NCBI GenBank assembly: GCA_937927735.1
Contig: CALBRZ010000043.1
Location: 6,614 to 70,613 of the forward strand
Length of the DNA stretch: 64,000 nt
Source of the DNA: an uncultured Planctomycetales bacterium
GTDB lineage: Bacteria; Planctomycetota; Planctomycetia; Pirellulales; S012-138
Direction: 5' to 3'
A program made the position numbers and the translations under genes. This document shows, in pieces, positions 50,325 to 59,458 of this stretch (its first letter is position 1; every line of letters begins with the position of its first letter). The notes beneath the pieces are model-generated. The model did not search any database. It was given only the letters and a program-made list of their open reading frames with translations, and was not told the origin of the DNA.

Positions 50325-51326
50325 TCAGGCCGGGCGGGGAACAACCAGCGTTCGGCCTACGACCTTGCCCTGGAGAATCTCCGTTACCACCGCCGGCAAC
50401 TGCCCGAAGTTCACTTCGCGTGCCAGGCTTTCAAGCTGCGGTGGCTTCCAAGTAGTAGCCAACCGCTGCCAGAGTTCCTGCCGGAGCGGCATGGGGCACG
50501 TGGCCGAGTCGATGCCCGTCAGGGTCACACCGCGGAGGATGAATGGATAAACAGTGGTCGACAGTTCCGCCCCGGCCACGAGGCCGCACGCGGCCACACA
50601 GCCCCAGGGTTTGACGGCCTTGAGCAGATTGGCCAATGTCTGGCCCCCCACCGTATCGATCGCCCCCGCCCAGCGGCCGGAAAGTAGCGGGCGATTGGAG
50701 TCGTCGGCCAGTGCGTCGCGATCCAGCACTTCGGCGGCTCCCCACGATTTTAACTGGGCGTGCAGCTCGCGTTTGCCGCTGACGCCCACCACGCGGTAGC
50801 CCAGGTGGGCCAGGATGCAGATGGCCAACGATCCCACGCCGCCGGTGGCCCCCGTCACCAGGATGTCGCCCGAGCCCGGTTCAATGTCGTGCTTCTGGAG
50901 CAGCCACACGCCGAGCGCTGCGGTAAAACCGGCCGTGCCCAGGATCATGCTCTCGCGCATAGTAAGCCCCACAGGCAGTGGCACCACCCAGTCGCCCGGC
51001 ACGCGCACGTGCGTGGCGTAACCGCCCCACTGCCCTGCCCCGAGCTCGTAGCTGGTCACGATCACTTCCTGGCCGGGGGTGAACCGCGGGTCGCGGCTTT
51101 CGATCACGGTGCCCGCAGCATCGATGCCAGGCACGTGCGGGAATCGCCGCGCCACACCGGGATGCCCTTGGATGGCCAGGGCATCTTTGTAGTTCAGCGA
51201 CGACCAGGCCACCTGGATCAGTACGTCGCCCGGCGGCAAATCATCCACGCTGCGCTGGGCCACGCCGGCGGTTACCTGGCCGGCCTCGTTCTTCTCCACC
51301 AGAAAGCACGTTACCGAGTCGGGCAT
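50325..51326 (-). CDS. YhdH/YhfP-family NADPH:quinone/acrylyl-CoA reductase (MDR superfamily)
   Basis: 333 aa. VAWSSLNYKDALA, PGIDAAGTV and VTGATGGVGS are typical of the YhdH/AcuI subfamily. Confidence 0.85.
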   Translation of the reverse strand: MPDSVTCFLVEKNEAGQVTAGVAQRSVDDLPPGDVLIQVAWSSLNYKDALAIQGHPGVARRFPHVPGIDAAGTVIESRDPRFTPGQEVIVTSYELGAGQWGGYATHVRVPGDWVVPLPVGLTMRESMILGTAGFTAALGVWLLQKHDIEPGSGDILVTGATGGVGSLAICILAHLGYRVVGVSGKRELHAQLKSWGAAEVLDRDALADDSNRPLLSGRWAGAIDTVGGQTLANLLKAVKPWGCVAACGLVAGAELSTTVYPFILRGVTLTGIDSATCPMPLRQELWQRLATTWKPPQLESLAREVNFGQLPAVVTEILQGKVVGRTLVVPRPA

Positions 51327-51428
51327 GGCATAGTGCGCCTTATCATCAGGAAAACGGTGGCTACCTGCGTCGCATTGTAGCCGTGGAGCGACGACAGAGG
51401 ACCGCCGCTACGTAAAACCCACGCCAGA

Positions 51429-52142
51429 TTAGCTGGGCAGCAGCGACCGGAAAAACGCAACGATCGCCTCCACGCCTTCGCGAAAGTTGCCATCCTCGGT
51501 GGCGCCGGACTTTTTGCGCGGTTTGAAGCTGTGATCGCCGTCGATCAGCCAGTGCAGTTTTACTTGCGGTGATAGGGGATAGCTGGCAACTTCCGCCCGA
51601 TTGCCAAACGGATCACGTTCGCCCTGGACGATGAGCGTCGGCGTGGCGATCTGCTCCAGGTGAGCAATCCGCACCGATTGTGGTTTGCCGGGCGAGTGAA
51701 ACGGATAGCCCAAGCACACCAGGCCGGCAATCGGCCTTGCCCCCTGCTGCTCGGCGGCGATCAGGCTGGCGATGCGGCCGCCCATCGATTTGCCGCCGAT
51801 GAATAACTGCTGGCTTGGCGCTAACGTTTCGCTCACCTGGGCAATCGCCTGATGCCAGGTTGCGCGGAGGACAGGCTCGCGGTCCGGCGGGCGGTGGCCA
51901 CCGCTACGCCGCTGGGCCATGTACGGAAACTCAAACCGCACGCAGCGGAAACCGGCTTCAGCCACGCCCTGGGCAAACGCATCCATGAACGGCGTATCCA
52001 TCGCGGCCCCGGCTCCGTGTGCCAGGATCAGCACAGCCGGGGCGTCAACGGGGCCATCGGCCAGTGTCGCCAAGGGTTCGCTGCTTGCGGTCATCGTCGG
52101 CGTTGCTTCCTCCGCGGTGCTGCTTGCTTCGCTGTGGTACAT
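51429..52142 (-). CDS. Alpha/beta-fold hydrolase (COG3571-like)
   Basis: VLILAHGAGAAMDTPFM and the GGKSMGGR nucleophile elbow. Start set at MYHSEAS (52142) to avoid a 41-nt overlap with aat. An alternative ATG is at 52094. Confidence 0.62.
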   Translation of the reverse strand: MYHSEASSTAEEATPTMTASSEPLATLADGPVDAPAVLILAHGAGAAMDTPFMDAFAQGVAEAGFRCVRFEFPYMAQRRSGGHRPPDREPVLRATWHQAIAQVSETLAPSQQLFIGGKSMGGRIASLIAAEQQGARPIAGLVCLGYPFHSPGKPQSVRIAHLEQIATPTLIVQGERDPFGNRAEVASYPLSPQVKLHWLIDGDHSFKPRKKSGATEDGNFREGVEAIVAFFRSLLPS

Positions 52143-52155
52143 CCTCAGCCTGCGT

Positions 52156-52857
52156 TTACACGCGCCGGTGCGTGGCGACCACGGCCGCCGGGTCAAACAT
52201 CAGCTCGGTGCCGAACGACACGGGCATGTCCCGCTGCGATCGGACACGCGCCAGATACTGGCTCCGCGGAATCTCGCTGCCTCCCATGCTGGCCGTGTGC
52301 GGCGTGAGCTGCTGGATATCGAGTGTAAGGAACCGCCGGGCTTGCAGGTGCCGGACCAGGGCCACGAGCGCCACCTTCGAAGCGTCGGTCATCCGGTGGA
52401 ACATCGATTCGGCACAGAAGACCGCGCCCACCGCCACGCCATATGTACCGCCGACAAGCTGGCCCTCGTGCCACACTTCGATGCTATGGGCCATGCCGTG
52501 GTGATGAAGCCGGATATAGGCCTCGAGCATCTCGGGCGTGATCCAGGTGTTGTTGTAGCGGCCGCCCGCCGTCCCGCACCCGACCATCACGCCCGCAAAG
52601 TCGCGGTCGCACGTTACCGTGAAACGGCCGCTGCGGATCGTTCTGGCGAGCCGGCGGCTGATATACAGATGTTCGAATTCCAGAATCGCCCGCGGATCGG
52701 GCGAGAACCACATCAGGTTCCGCCGGCCATGCGGCCAGGGAAAAATGCCGTGCCGGTACGCATCACGCAGCCACGCCACCGAAAGTTCGCCGCCCAAATG
52801 AACCAGGCCCAACGGGTTCGCGAACTCGGCCGGCGGAAAATAGCGAGGCAGGTCCAT
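52156..52857 (-). CDS. aat: Leucyl/phenylalanyl-tRNA--protein transferase
   Basis: YRHGIFPW, WFSPDPRAIL, WHEGQLVGGTYGV and FCAESMF. Start at MDLPRYF (52857) gives 233 aa, the usual Aat length. The longest ORF starts at 52977. Confidence 0.85.
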   Translation of the reverse strand: MDLPRYFPPAEFANPLGLVHLGGELSVAWLRDAYRHGIFPWPHGRRNLMWFSPDPRAILEFEHLYISRRLARTIRSGRFTVTCDRDFAGVMVGCGTAGGRYNNTWITPEMLEAYIRLHHHGMAHSIEVWHEGQLVGGTYGVAVGAVFCAESMFHRMTDASKVALVALVRHLQARRFLTLDIQQLTPHTASMGGSEIPRSQYLARVRSQRDMPVSFGTELMFDPAAVVATHRRV

Positions 52858-53074
52858 CGGTTGCCGCGGGACGAACGACGAGAACAGATCTGACCCGGCG
52901 GCCAAGGAACCTTCGCCGCCTTCTTGCGCGCCTGACGCTATTGTATCGCCGTTTGCGCCGGGAACGATAAGGCGCATCGTCAGCCGGGAGGCGAAGGTCC
53001 CAAGATCCAGTGAACCGCCGCACCGCTAGCGGCGACAGCATAAAAGAACGTAGAGACGTCCCCTGCGGCCAGTC

Positions 53075-54622
53075 TCAATCGGCCTTATGCACCGGCTGGA
53101 TGGCCGGTTGCAGCGTGCCGCTGCGGCCAGCCGAGGCCATGGCCGAGGTGGAAACGGGAGCCGGAACCGGCACCTGGTCCTCCGGCTTGCCTTCCGGTAG
53201 CACGAGCGATTGCGTGTCGGCCTCGCCCGGCTCGATCACCTGGCGACGGGCGACTTCGTCGCCGGCGTTGTGCGGCAGCCGGGCAAACATGGCGGCCGAG
53301 ATGGCAGCCAGACCGGCCACTACCAGGAACGCCACCGAGAAGTCGACCAGTTCCGGCCGCTCCACACCCCGCACCATCGACGACAGCATCAAGGACACGG
53401 CGCCGATGCCCACGCCGACCGAGAGCGAAAGCTGCTGGGCCATGGAAACCAGGCTGGTCGCCCGGCCCATCTGGTGCGGCTTCAAGTCGGCATAGCCAAT
53501 GATGTTGATCGCCGTGAACTCCAGTGAGCGGAAGAATCCGCCGATCAGCAGCACGCCAAACATCACAAACGCCGGCGTGCTCGAGTTGAACGTGAGGCAC
53601 AGCGAGATCGATACGGCCGACAACAGGGCGTTCCACACCAGCACGTTGCGGAAGCCTAACCGGTTCAGAATCGGCTGCGCCGCAAACTTCATCAACAGCG
53701 CGCCGGCGGCGGCCGCGAACGTTATCAGGCCCGAGGCCAGCGGCGAACGCCCGAACACCGTCTGCAACATCAGCGGCATCAGAAACGGCAGCGCCCCGAT
53801 GCCGAAGCGAAACAGCGATCCGCCCAGCACGCTCGCCCGCAGCGTGGGAATCTCAAGCAGCGACAGATCCAACACCGGGTCGCGCCGGCGCCGGGCGTGG
53901 CCCAGATACAGCACCGCGCCCACCAGGCCGACAACGACCATCGATACGTTCAGCCACAGCGGCAGCAGGCCCTCGCCGACACCTTCGAAGCCGAAGACGA
54001 TCCCGGCGATCGCCACCGAGCAGAGGGCGAACCCACCGGCATCAAACGGCGGGACGCCGGCCTCGCGGTAGTCGTCGATGTACCGCGTCGCCAGGACAAA
54101 GCCCAGCAGGCCGATCGGCACGTTGATCAGAAATACCCAGGGCCACGAGGCGTAGGTCACAATCGCTCCGCCCAGCGGCGGCCCGACCACGGGCCCAAGC
54201 AGGGCAGGCACCGCCACCCAGGTCATCGCCGACACGAGGTCCGACTTGGGCACCGTGCGCAGCAGCGCCAGCCGTGCCACCGGCACCATCATGGCGCCGC
54301 CGATGCCTTGGACGATGCGGGCGACAATCATCGTGCCCAGCGATCCGGAAAACGCGCAGGCCACCGAGGCCCCGGTGAAGATCATGATCGCCAGACGAAA
54401 GACGGTGCGTGTGCCAAATCGGTCGGCCATCCACCCGCTGATCGGCATGAAGATGGCCAGGCTCATCAGGTAGCTGGTCAGCACCAGGTGCAGGTTTACC
54501 GGCGACACGCCGAACGATCGCGCAATCTGCGGTAGCGCCGTCGCCAGAATGGTCGTCTCCAGGTTCTGCATAAACAGAGCGCAGGCGACGATCAGGGCGA
54601 CAATTCGGTATCGAGATTGCAC
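53075..54622 (-). CDS. MFS transporter, DHA2 (EmrB/QacA, 14-TMS) type
   Basis: 515 aa. GWMADRFGTR (motif A-like) and 14 hydrophobic segments, with a hydrophilic C-terminal tail. Confidence 0.85.
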   Translation of the reverse strand: MQSRYRIVALIVACALFMQNLETTILATALPQIARSFGVSPVNLHLVLTSYLMSLAIFMPISGWMADRFGTRTVFRLAIMIFTGASVACAFSGSLGTMIVARIVQGIGGAMMVPVARLALLRTVPKSDLVSAMTWVAVPALLGPVVGPPLGGAIVTYASWPWVFLINVPIGLLGFVLATRYIDDYREAGVPPFDAGGFALCSVAIAGIVFGFEGVGEGLLPLWLNVSMVVVGLVGAVLYLGHARRRRDPVLDLSLLEIPTLRASVLGGSLFRFGIGALPFLMPLMLQTVFGRSPLASGLITFAAAAGALLMKFAAQPILNRLGFRNVLVWNALLSAVSISLCLTFNSSTPAFVMFGVLLIGGFFRSLEFTAINIIGYADLKPHQMGRATSLVSMAQQLSLSVGVGIGAVSLMLSSMVRGVERPELVDFSVAFLVVAGLAAISAAMFARLPHNAGDEVARRQVIEPGEADTQSLVLPEGKPEDQVPVPAPVSTSAMASAGRSGTLQPAIQPVHKAD

Positions 54623-55021
54623 GGCGGTAGCGGCGATGGTTGGTGTGAACTGGCCGAGGCGGGATGTGCCCCGAAGAGCGGGCGGGTGTGCTACACGATT
54701 GTATACGGATTACTTCGCTCAGGCGATGTTTCCGGATGCAGAAAATCGCGAGGTTTTCGCGAGTTCGACGATTCGTTTGGCTGGCTGGTCGCCAGCATCC
54801 GCCCCGTGGTCCGAGCCAGGTTACGCCGCGGCTGTCACAGCTCCCACGCTGGGCGGTAAACAACCAGCGGCGGCCGGGGCTTGTCCAGTACCTGCTGGGC
54901 TTGGACCAGGGCCAGGGGAATCGTCCAGCACTGCCGTTGTGACCGCACCAGCTTGCCAGGCACCGGTCAGAACCCGGCTGGCGCCGGGGGGCAAAAACTG
55001 GCTTGCCCAAATGCCCGGCGC

Positions 55022-55027
55022 TATAAT
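55022..55027 (+). promoter_or_regulatory. Candidate -10 box (perfect TATAAT) upstream of the htrA-like gene
   Basis: TATAAT sits in GC-rich context 45 nt upstream of the ATG at 55072. No good -35 at 17-nt spacing (TGGCTT). Its position argues against the track ORF start at 55030. Confidence 0.3.
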
Positions 55028-55071
55028 GGATGCCAATTGCCTGTTACACCTCGACGCCCCGAGGCCCGGTT

Positions 55072-56640
55072 ATGCAAGAGCAATCTTGGGACCGCCCCAT
55101 CGGTCCAAGCGCAGGCGCAAGCGGCGCCGGCAATGCTGCCGGCCGCCCCAGCCATCCGGCCGGTTCTTCAGCCTCGGGCAGCCGTGGTCAACTTGGCTCG
55201 GTACCCCAGGCGGATCAGGCTGCCCCTCAATCGCTGCCGGCTAGCCGTCCCCACGAGCAGGCTCCACCTGCCGGGGCGCATGGGACGCGCGACGGTGATG
55301 CTTTTTTGCAACAAGCGGCAGCCTCGCCAATCTCAGTTTCGCCGGCCGGGGGGCTCCAACGTCCCAAGGCCGAAGCTGCCACCAGCGGCGATTCCTGGCT
55401 GGTCGACACTTGTGAGTTGTCCGACCAGATCCCAGCCGAACGTACCGCCGGCTGCGACGAGGAACCGGCTCGCCCGAGTAAACGGCGGCGACGGTCCGAC
55501 GAGCGCCCAAGCGCCGAGGCCGCCAGCGGCGGCCGTGGTCTGCGGATTGCCTGGGTGGCCATGATGACCGTGCTGCTGTTGGCCCTGCTGCGGCTCAACA
55601 TCGGGGCGATTGTCGAAGAAATCTGCTATGGCCTGGAACGCGGCAAGCAGCGGGCCCAACTGGAACACGCCCGGGTTCAACTGGCCCAGTTGGAGAACAC
55701 CTCGTCGGCCTTCCGGCTGATCGCCAAGAGCATCGTGCCGTGCGTGGTCCACATCGACACCTTGCGGGTGGACCAGACCGCTGGGCGCGACGGCGATAAC
55801 GGCTGGTCGCGCCGCCTCGAAGCCAGCGGGCAAGGCTCCGGCCTGATCGTCGACGCCGAAGGATACATCCTCACCAACCACCACGTCATCAAGGATGCGT
55901 CGGAAATCATCGTTCGTCTGAGCGACGGCCGCACTATCCGCGGGGCCGAAGTGATCGGCATCGATCCGCAAACTGACCTGGCGGTGATCAAGATCTACGC
56001 CGACGGTTTGCAGACCGCCCCCTGGGGCGACAGCGAAAACGTGGAGGTGGGCGACTGGGTAGTGGCCGTGGGTAACCCCTTCGGCCTGGACCGCAGCGTG
56101 ACCGCCGGGATCGTCAGCGCCAAGGGACGCCGGAACGTCGTCCACAACATGCCCTACCAGAACTTCATTCAGACCGACGCGGCCGTGAACCCCGGCAATA
56201 GCGGCGGCCCGCTGATCAACCTGCGGGGCGAAGTGGTCGGCATCAACACGGCGATCGTCGGCGCCTCGTTCCAGGGTGTGAGCTTCGCCATTCCCAGCGA
56301 GATTGCCCGCGAGGTCTACACCCGGCTCCGCCGCGAAGGCCATTTTGTCCGCGGCTGGCTGGGCGTTGCACTTGAGGAGATCACGCTCCAGCGAGCTGCC
56401 GAATTGGGCGTGCCACGTCAGGGTGTGCTGGTGACCGACGTGGTTGGCGAACCCGCCCGCCGGGCTGGCATCACCCCCGGCGATATCGTCCTCACCTGGA
56501 ACGGCCAGGAGGTCAACACGCCTGCCGACCTGAGCTGGAAAGTGGCCGCCACCCAGACCGGCACCACCGTGCCCGTCACGATCTGGCGCGATGGCAAAGA
56601 ACTGAAGATCGCCGTGCAGGTGGGCGAACGGCGTCTGTAA
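55072..56640 (+). CDS. HtrA/DegP-family serine protease with one PDZ domain and a long disordered N-terminal region
   Basis: GSGLIVDAEGYILTNHHV (His), DLAVIKI (Asp), GNSGGPLINLRGEVVGINTA (Ser). C-terminal PDZ (GVLVTDV...GDIVLTWNG). About 170 aa of low-complexity sequence precede a TM helix. Confidence 0.88.
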   Translation: MQEQSWDRPIGPSAGASGAGNAAGRPSHPAGSSASGSRGQLGSVPQADQAAPQSLPASRPHEQAPPAGAHGTRDGDAFLQQAAASPISVSPAGGLQRPKAEAATSGDSWLVDTCELSDQIPAERTAGCDEEPARPSKRRRRSDERPSAEAASGGRGLRIAWVAMMTVLLLALLRLNIGAIVEEICYGLERGKQRAQLEHARVQLAQLENTSSAFRLIAKSIVPCVVHIDTLRVDQTAGRDGDNGWSRRLEASGQGSGLIVDAEGYILTNHHVIKDASEIIVRLSDGRTIRGAEVIGIDPQTDLAVIKIYADGLQTAPWGDSENVEVGDWVVAVGNPFGLDRSVTAGIVSAKGRRNVVHNMPYQNFIQTDAAVNPGNSGGPLINLRGEVVGINTAIVGASFQGVSFAIPSEIAREVYTRLRREGHFVRGWLGVALEEITLQRAAELGVPRQGVLVTDVVGEPARRAGITPGDIVLTWNGQEVNTPADLSWKVAATQTGTTVPVTIWRDGKELKIAVQVGERRL

Positions 56641-56698
56641 CCGGCAACCTGATGCGGCTGATCCCGCGGCAGCGCAATGTGACCGGTATATCCGCCCG

Positions 56699-57784
56699 CT
56701 ACGGTTTGCCGGGGCGCCGCGTCTCGATCAAGGCGATCGCAGCCCAGGCTGTGGTCGACATCCGCTGGGCGTAACTCTCTCCACCGGCCGGCCGCGTGGT
56801 TTCCGGCCAACTGCCGTCTTCGAATTGGCTGGCAGCCAGGTAGGCCCGGCCGCGCTCAATCCGTCTGGTCCACTCGCTGGCGGCATCGTCCTGGTCGACT
56901 GGTTCGCCGGCGTTTTTTACAGCGTGAGCGACTGCGGCTCGATAACCGGCAGGGCCCAGCCGCTGCAGAGCCAGCAGGACGACCGCCGTATCAAACGGCT
57001 CGGCGGCCGAGGTGGCAAAGGGTCCCCAGCCGCCATCTTCCCCCTGCCCTTGCCGGATGAGCTGCACGCATTCGGCAATACGCTGCTCGCGTGGCAGGCT
57101 GTCCACGGCAGGTACGGCCGGATCGGTAAGCCACAAGAGGAGTGCCGCCGCATCGAACACGCGCTGAGGGCGGATCTGGGACAGGTAGCGGTCGGCCTTG
57201 GCGATGGCCGCGCCGAACTGCATAGGGTCCGCCTGGTGCAGCACGCCCCGGGCGAGTACGGTCGCCAGCGTGGTGCCGTAGGTGGTGGGCGAACCAACCG
57301 AGCCGGCCGCGTCAATCGGCCAGGAACCGTCGTTGGCCTGTTGCTGTACGACCAGCTGTGCAGCAGGCAGGAGCGGTCTGGCGGTTTCTTGCACGCGGAT
57401 GCCATCGGTTCGTTCGAGTTGAGCCAGGGCAACGGCGAACTGCACCGTGGCCAGGCGCTTGTCGCTGAACTCCTCCTCGCCGCCGTTGTCTTTCCAGCCT
57501 TCTGGCTTGCGGAGCCAGGCCTCCGTGTCTGCCAAAGCCGCGACAAGCCCTGTGGGCGCGTCCTCAGAGGCTGCACGACGGGCCAGATGCAACGCCCGGA
57601 AGGCATCGCCGTTGTTGTGACACGAGAAGCAGCGGTTCTCGCGCGGCCACGACGGCACTTCGTTCGCCAAAAACGCCACCGCCCGGGCAAGGGCCTGCTC
57701 CGGCGACGTCTCCCCGCCCTGCCCTGCCATGGCAACTGTGGCCCAGCAGGCGGCAAGGATCAACGTCGAGCAGGCAACGCGCAT
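56699..57784 (-). CDS. Secreted prenyltransferase/squalene-oxidase-repeat protein carrying a CxxCH motif
   Basis: Signal peptide MRVACSTLILAACWATVAMA. CFSCH sits near the N-terminus. Repeated (Q/E)xDGSW/GGW terpenoid-cyclase-type repeats: QQANDGSWP, QGEDGGWGP, QFEDGSWPE. Confidence 0.65.
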   Translation of the reverse strand: MRVACSTLILAACWATVAMAGQGGETSPEQALARAVAFLANEVPSWPRENRCFSCHNNGDAFRALHLARRAASEDAPTGLVAALADTEAWLRKPEGWKDNGGEEEFSDKRLATVQFAVALAQLERTDGIRVQETARPLLPAAQLVVQQQANDGSWPIDAAGSVGSPTTYGTTLATVLARGVLHQADPMQFGAAIAKADRYLSQIRPQRVFDAAALLLWLTDPAVPAVDSLPREQRIAECVQLIRQGQGEDGGWGPFATSAAEPFDTAVVLLALQRLGPAGYRAAVAHAVKNAGEPVDQDDAASEWTRRIERGRAYLAASQFEDGSWPETTRPAGGESYAQRMSTTAWAAIALIETRRPGKP

Positions 57785-57836
57785 TGTAGGCAGCTCCGAA
57801 TGGAGGTTACTTTGGCAATCTCTTGGTCCCTACACT

Positions 57837-57911
57837 GCCGTGGTACGCAGCAATTCGCCCAACTTTCACGGCTGCAACAGCCGTGGCATGCCGGGCAGCC
57901 GTGGTACGCAG
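57837..57911. repeat. Intergenic direct repeats GCCGTGGTACGCAG (two exact copies plus one degenerate copy)
   Basis: Exact 14-mers at 57837-57850 and 57898-57911. Degenerate copy GCCGTGGCATGC at 57880-57891. They lie between the stop of the beta-propeller gene (57912) and the start of the prenyltransferase-repeat gene (57784). Confidence 0.6.
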
Positions 57912-59273
57912 TTAGTTCTGTTCCTCAATGCAGTACAGGTAGCGATTGCTGCGGAGGAACAGTTGCTTGCCTACGGCCACCGGCGAGGCATCAATCGGAT
58001 CGTTCAGCACGTTGGTGGCCAGCACTTCGAGCTTGTCGCCGGACTTGATCACCGTGGTGGTGCCGTCGCGGCCGGTGAAATAGATCCGCCCGGCGGCCGC
58101 CAGCGGCGACGCATAGATGTTGCTGACGCCGGGAATCCGCACCGGGCCATAGACCACCTTACCGGTATTGATGTCCAGGCTGCTCAAAATGCCGTTGTTC
58201 GAAGCCGTGAAGTACAGCCGATCGCCCAGCAGCAGCGGCGACGGCACGTACGGCGTATTGCGGCGGTGGCTCCAGCGCACCGTGTCGGTATCGGTGACGT
58301 CTCCCTTGGCGTCCAGCGGAATCGCCACGGCCATCGCCCCCTGGTAACCGCTCATCACAATCGCCATCTCATCGGTTGCCACCGGCGAGGGGATGGCGTT
58401 CACGGTCTGCCCGCCGCACTCCCAGAGCACTTCACCGGTGTTCAGGTCGTAACTGCGGACACGGTTGGTACCGTTCACAATGACCTGTACCCGGCCGTTG
58501 TGTTCGACAATCAGCGGCGTGGCCCACGAGGTCGGCTCGTCGCGATCGGCCTGCCAGCGGGTTTTGCCGGTCTCGGCGTCCATGGCCACGATGAACGAGG
58601 GATCCTCATGGTCCCAGTTCACGATCAGCGTTTCGCCGTACAAGGCGGGCGACACGCCTTCGCCCCAGCCGCGCCGGGTGCGCATCTGTCCCAGGTCGCG
58701 CTGCCACTTGAGGTTGCCATCAAGGTCGTAGCAGAAGATGCCGCGCGAGCCGAACGACACAAACAGCCGCCGGCCGTCGGTGACGGGCGACGACGACGCG
58801 TAAGTGTTGGTCAGATGCTGGCCTTCGTGAGGGACTTCCTCGGTGGCCACCCGTTCCCAGAGCAGCTTGCCGGTCTCACGATCGAAGCACAGCACCACAA
58901 AGCGGTAATAATTGCTGGGCGGGACGGTTCGCGCATCGGGGGCCGGCTGCGGCGGGTTGTCGGTCACGCGGTCGGTTTTCTCCGCCGCCACCACAAACAC
59001 CTTGTTCTCCCAAACGATCGGCGTGGCGCTGCCTTCGCCCGGCAGTTCGGCCTTCCACTTGATGTTGGTTTCAGCATCCCAGTGCAGCGGCGGCTGGGCA
59101 TGGGGAGCCACGCCGGTGGCATCGGGCCCGCGCCATTGGTGCCAGTTGTATGCACGCCGGGCGGCAAAGTCGCCGGCCTCTCCCGCGAGAACCGGGGGCG
59201 ACAGCACCGCCGCGGCGACCAGCGCGGCGGCCTTCAGCGAGCAAGCGGTCAAGAACCGGAATTTCATCAGCAT
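57912..59273 (-). CDS. PQQ-like beta-propeller repeat protein (BamB-like fold), secreted
   Basis: 453 aa from MLMKFRF with a signal peptide. WHQWRGPDATG followed by repeated propeller blades (…TPIVWENKVFV…, …SSSPVTDGRRLFV…, …ATPLIVEHNGRVQV…). Confidence 0.75.
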   Translation of the reverse strand: MLMKFRFLTACSLKAAALVAAAVLSPPVLAGEAGDFAARRAYNWHQWRGPDATGVAPHAQPPLHWDAETNIKWKAELPGEGSATPIVWENKVFVVAAEKTDRVTDNPPQPAPDARTVPPSNYYRFVVLCFDRETGKLLWERVATEEVPHEGQHLTNTYASSSPVTDGRRLFVSFGSRGIFCYDLDGNLKWQRDLGQMRTRRGWGEGVSPALYGETLIVNWDHEDPSFIVAMDAETGKTRWQADRDEPTSWATPLIVEHNGRVQVIVNGTNRVRSYDLNTGEVLWECGGQTVNAIPSPVATDEMAIVMSGYQGAMAVAIPLDAKGDVTDTDTVRWSHRRNTPYVPSPLLLGDRLYFTASNNGILSSLDINTGKVVYGPVRIPGVSNIYASPLAAAGRIYFTGRDGTTTVIKSGDKLEVLATNVLNDPIDASPVAVGKQLFLRSNRYLYCIEEQN

Positions 59274-59458
59274 CACTCCCTCGAGTGCGGATCTGCGCAG
59301 GGTGGGGACAGGGGGGCAAAGCCACTGGATACCTATAGCAGGCCACCGGCCGCGCAACCATGCCAGCCGGCGGCAGCGCGTTCATGATGCCTGATCTGGC
59401 ACTCGCCAACGGTGGCGCAGCATACCGAACTGGCGGCCGGTCCCCCCACCCTTCCAGC

